Assembly (NCBI GenBank): GCA_016868975.1
Contig: VGFD01000001.1
Location: 1-45,533 of the forward strand
Length of the DNA stretch: 45,533 bases
Source: Armatimonadota bacterium
GTDB taxonomy: Bacteria; Vulcanimicrobiota; Xenobia; RGZZ01
Reading direction: 5' to 3'
This document shows positions 42,197 through 45,533 of the stretch, piece after piece. The notes beneath the pieces are model-generated. The model made no database searches. It saw nothing but the letters and a program-made list of their open reading frames with translations, and was not told the origin of the DNA. The position numbers and the translations under genes are program-made. Every line of letters starts with the position of its first letter. The stretch's first letter is position 1.

Positions 42197-43087
42197 TCAT
42201 GCGTGGTCACTCCGCGTCTGCCAAACGCGCAGCGCGGCGAGGCACGTTGCGCAGCCAATGATGGCCAGGGCGCCAACTCCGCGCGTAGTGCTTGCCATAT
42301 AAAGGGCAAGAAGGACACTGATCGCAGTACGCGCCCACCTGGTCCGCACTGCCAGCCTGGTTTCGAAAATTGCACTTCGTACGTCTTGGGAACTGACCCG
42401 ATCAAGATCGCCAATTCCGCGAACAGGAAACGTTAACAGCAGCACCATCAGCAGGATGAGGAGGGCCATCACGATGACGAAAAACCAGTCGACGATGGTC
42501 CACGTCGTGGGAATCGCTGCCACGGCGGCGACTTGCACGCCAGATAGTGCCGCACGCAGGTCTGGCGTGAGCACCAGATCTGACTGCGACGACAACTCAT
42601 ACGAGCGCCCATCGCCCGGCTGCGTGAGCAACATTTGCAGGCCACGCACGGTGGGGTCCTGGCCGACGGAGAGAAGTTCCACCGTCTGGGCAAGGGGTCC
42701 CGCGGAAGTCTGCGGACCGTAGAGAATGGCGGTCGGTGGCTCACCCTTGAGTCGGACCAGACGCAACTCGGTGATCTGCGCGGGCGTGCGCGGCTGGAAG
42801 GTCTGGCCGGTGCGCTTGCGCTCGGCCCTCGAGTACAACACGGGTCGTCCAGAATAAGTGCGGATCTGCACAGCTCCAGGCAGCACCGCGCCCTCCAGGT
42901 TTCTGACGTTCCACCACCCGGTGGAATCGGCAAGCGAGGATGGCGTGACTGGCGGCACGCTTCCGAAACGGCCCGCCACCGCGGGCACGACAATCGCGCC
43001 ACAGATGACGAGCACCAGAAACAACGCGAGAAGGTGCTCGCCGCGGCGCCGCCACAAAATCTTCTTTGCAAACCCCGTCATATCCAT
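42197..43087 (-). CDS. Membrane protein: N-terminal TM, about 150-aa extracytoplasmic domain, C-terminal TM bundle; unknown function
   Basis: Hydrophobic segments LLALFLVLVICGAIVVPAVAG, WFFVIVMALLILLMVLLLTFPV, AISVLLALYMA and GALAIIGCATCLAAL. Confidence 0.5.
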   Translation of the reverse strand: MDMTGFAKKILWRRRGEHLLALFLVLVICGAIVVPAVAGRFGSVPPVTPSSLADSTGWWNVRNLEGAVLPGAVQIRTYSGRPVLYSRAERKRTGQTFQPRTPAQITELRLVRLKGEPPTAILYGPQTSAGPLAQTVELLSVGQDPTVRGLQMLLTQPGDGRSYELSSQSDLVLTPDLRAALSGVQVAAVAAIPTTWTIVDWFFVIVMALLILLMVLLLTFPVRGIGDLDRVSSQDVRSAIFETRLAVRTRWARTAISVLLALYMASTTRGVGALAIIGCATCLAALRVWQTRSDHA

Positions 43088-43105
43088 TCCCCCTGCATTG
43101 CCAGA

Positions 43106-45334
43106 TCAGTGGCCGGGCACACCAACGCCCGTGCTTGCCATCATTCCCAAATATTCATCCGCGCTGAACTCATCAACTGAGATGACATCGGCGCGGGCGG
43201 CCTCGGCGTCGTGCAGGGTGGCGGCTTCGTCAGCGGTCAACACGCCGGCTTCCACAGCGGCTGCGGTCAAGGCGAGGAGATCGCTGGTGGGGGTAAGCCG
43301 TTTAGACCCAATTGCCTTGCGGATTTTGCCGTGCAGTGGGGCCGCTTTGCTGAGGAGCACGAGCGCGCGATCCAGCCGCGTCGCAATGTCGTTGGACGCG
43401 GCGGGACCGGGCAGATCTCTGGTCAGCGCGTCGCGGGCCGGGCCCGGCGTGCGCAGAATTTCCGCGACTTTCGATCCCAGGCGGTCGGACGGCGGGCGCC
43501 CGACCGGATTGAGCCGCATGAACGCCGCGTTGATTTTGAAAAGCGGCCCCACGACCGGCGCATCGAAATTCTCCAGGATCCCTTCGAATGCGACCTGAAC
43601 CCGCCAGAGCGCGTACTGCGCGCTCCAGTGGACCAGCGGCAGCAATTCTTTGGGACGACCCTCGGCCTCAAAGCGGCGCAGGACGGCCGTGCCCATGAAC
43701 ATCCACGAGAGCGCGTCGGCGAAGCGACCGGCCAGGCGGCCCTTGCGTTTCAAATTGGCGCCGAAACCCATGGCGGCGGCGTCGGCCAGCGACGCGAAGG
43801 TGGCCGACGCCCAGGCCAGCTTCTGGAAATAGCGGGCGGTGGGTCCCTGGATCGGCGTGGCCGCGAACCATCCGCGCGTGAAGAAATGGAGCTTGGCGCG
43901 CAGCACGTTGCCGGCGAAATGGCGCAGGTGGCCGCCCAGCGCGCGTCCGAAGGCTTCTGAGTCGTTCTTTTCGAGTGCTTCGATTTCCGCGCGCATGTAT
44001 GGATGGCAGCGCACCAGCCCCTGGCCGAACACGATGAGCGTGCGGGTGAGAATATTGGCGCCCTCCACGGTGATGCCGATGGGCGCGGCCATCCAAGCGT
44101 CGGCGACCGGGTTGCCGGGGCCGCGGCAGATGCCCTTGCCGCCGAACACGTCCATTGAATCGATGGTCACCTGTCGCACCAGCTCGGTGAGATTGTACTT
44201 GGCCATGGCGGAGGCAACCGACGGCTTGCTGCCGCGATCCACGGCCGCGCAGGTGAACACGCGCGCGGCGTCCATCAAGTAGGTGAGGCCGCCGATGCGG
44301 GCCAGCGGCTCCTCGATGCCTTCGAAGCGGCCGATGGACAGGCCGAACTGCTCGCGCGCCACGCTGTACGCGCCGGTAACCCGCGCCAGGGCGCGGGCGC
44401 CGGCCGCGGACTGGGCTGGCAGCGACACCGCACGCCCGCCGGCGAGCGCCTCCATCAGCATGATCCAGCCCCGGCCGGCGCCGCCGATGATGGCCGAGAC
44501 CGGCACCACCACGTCGCGTCCGCGAGTGGGGCCGTTGGCGAAAGGAACCAGCGGATCGTGGTAGCGCCCGGTTTCCACGCCGGGCAGGTGGGTGGGCACG
44601 AGGGCGAAGGTGATGCCGACGTCCTTACCCTGGCCCAGGAGATTTTCCGGATCGCGCAGGCGAAAGGCCAGTCCCAGCAGGGTACAGATCGGCGCCAGCG
44701 TGATGTAGCGCTTGTTCCAGTTGAGGCGGATGGCCGGCGCGCCGTCGTCGGCGCGGAAGACCACGCCGTGCGAGGTGATCGACGCGGCGTCGGATCCCGC
44801 GGTGGGCTCGGTCAGCGCAAAACAGGGGATTTCCTCGCCGCTCGCCAGCCGGGGAAGCATTGCACCCTTCTGCTCGGGGGTCCCATAGTGCTCGATCAAT
44901 TCGCCGGGGCCCACCGAGTTGGGGATGAGGACCAGGGAATAAAGCACCATCGAGCGCACCGCGAGCTTGCCGTAAACCACGCTGCAGGCCAGCGCGCCGA
45001 AACCGTGGCCGCCGTGCTCCCGGGCGATGCGCAGGCCGAAGAAGCGCTCTCTCTGCAGAAACTCCATCACTTCAGCGGGGACCACGCGCGCGTGCCGCAA
45101 ATCCAGACGGTCCGCGAGGGCGAGCAAGGCTTCGAGGGGCCCGTCCACGAAGGCGCGCTCCTCCTCGGTCAGATCGGGGTAGGGCTCTTCCAGGATGCGG
45201 CGGAAATCGGGACGGCCGGAGAACAGGTCGGCCTCGATCCAGGTGGTCCCGGCCTCGAGCGCGGCGCGCTCGGTGTCGGAGATGCGGGGCAGCATGTCCC
45301 GCTGCTTGAGCTGGTGGAGAAGCGTCTTGAGCAC
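43106..45334 (-). CDS. fadE: FadE-type long acyl-CoA dehydrogenase
   Basis: Motifs CFALTEPTAGSDAASI and KRYITLAPICTLLGLAFRL, with a long C-terminal extension as in E. coli FadE. GTG start. Confidence 0.85.
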   Translation of the reverse strand: MLKTLLHQLKQRDMLPRISDTERAALEAGTTWIEADLFSGRPDFRRILEEPYPDLTEEERAFVDGPLEALLALADRLDLRHARVVPAEVMEFLQRERFFGLRIAREHGGHGFGALACSVVYGKLAVRSMVLYSLVLIPNSVGPGELIEHYGTPEQKGAMLPRLASGEEIPCFALTEPTAGSDAASITSHGVVFRADDGAPAIRLNWNKRYITLAPICTLLGLAFRLRDPENLLGQGKDVGITFALVPTHLPGVETGRYHDPLVPFANGPTRGRDVVVPVSAIIGGAGRGWIMLMEALAGGRAVSLPAQSAAGARALARVTGAYSVAREQFGLSIGRFEGIEEPLARIGGLTYLMDAARVFTCAAVDRGSKPSVASAMAKYNLTELVRQVTIDSMDVFGGKGICRGPGNPVADAWMAAPIGITVEGANILTRTLIVFGQGLVRCHPYMRAEIEALEKNDSEAFGRALGGHLRHFAGNVLRAKLHFFTRGWFAATPIQGPTARYFQKLAWASATFASLADAAAMGFGANLKRKGRLAGRFADALSWMFMGTAVLRRFEAEGRPKELLPLVHWSAQYALWRVQVAFEGILENFDAPVVGPLFKINAAFMRLNPVGRPPSDRLGSKVAEILRTPGPARDALTRDLPGPAASNDIATRLDRALVLLSKAAPLHGKIRKAIGSKRLTPTSDLLALTAAAVEAGVLTADEAATLHDAEAARADVISVDEFSADEYLGMMASTGVGVPGH

Positions 45335-45533
45335 TTTCGTTGCGGTCCCTTCCGCGAAATCGCGCGAAGCTTGGCCGCGACGCGGGCCGGCTCCTCTAAT
45401 TTTAACTGCTATAGTGAAGCGTGAAGGTGAGCCGCACTTTTCCGCCTGGTTATCGGGTTGGGCCTGGACTGAAAGCCAGTGCTGGCCCGTCGACCTTCAT
45501 TGCCCGGCGCTGGTCGCTGGCCTGCCGACCCAT

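Noticed and set aside
45421-45533. A possible plus-strand gene start (GTG at 45421, VKVSRTFPPGYRVGPGL...) running off the window.
   Set aside because: Only 37 codons are visible, with no motif and no clear RBS. That is insufficient to call a gene.
1-45533. CRISPR arrays, IS elements, prophage genes, and known defence-system signatures (TIR, SIR2, HEPN, STAND ATPases, cGAS-like nucleotidyltransferases, reverse transcriptase, restriction-modification).
   Set aside because: Reading all substantial ORFs and intergenic regions (the largest is about 230 bp), I found no regularly spaced repeats and none of these signatures. The only defence-like module is the mazEF pair.

Overview
This is a high-GC bacterial chromosomal segment that is densely coded: about 40 protein genes, one tRNA-Gly(CCC), and three clear intrinsic terminators or hairpin sets. 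I found no rRNA, CRISPR array, transposase, integrase, reverse transcriptase or recognisable phage genes. A C-terminal-Phe beta-barrel protein, pilT/pilU and ftsW-murG point to a diderm organism. Housekeeping genes are metG, ftsW, murG, pncB, add, fadE, a crotonase and yjbQ. Signalling is prominent: a PAS-PAS histidine kinase, an FhaA-type FHA protein, two Hanks-type Ser/Thr kinases and a lone receiver. Nothing matches a named defence or mobile system except a mazEF-like toxin-antitoxin pair. The candidates for something undescribed are: (1) a translationally coupled M14-like peptidase / SAM-methyltransferase with a PqqD-like (RiPP-recognition-like) tail / L,D-transpeptidase operon at 28.4-32.6 kb; (2) a 1163-aa GlmS-like amidotransferase with three large extra segments plus a proline-rich partner at 17.6-22.1 kb; (3) a radical-SAM gene coupled to NAPRT at 14.2-16.9 kb; (4) a uridine-kinase-family protein with an unknown N-terminal domain beside the tRNA; (5) a compositionally atypical block between metG and fadE at 39.5-43.1 kb containing a fragmented propeller-repeat gene. 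Two beta-propeller genes are interrupted by in-frame TGA codons. All family calls come from reading motifs by eye in the supplied translations. No database search was run. The many long ORFs antisense to real genes are treated as high-GC artefacts.
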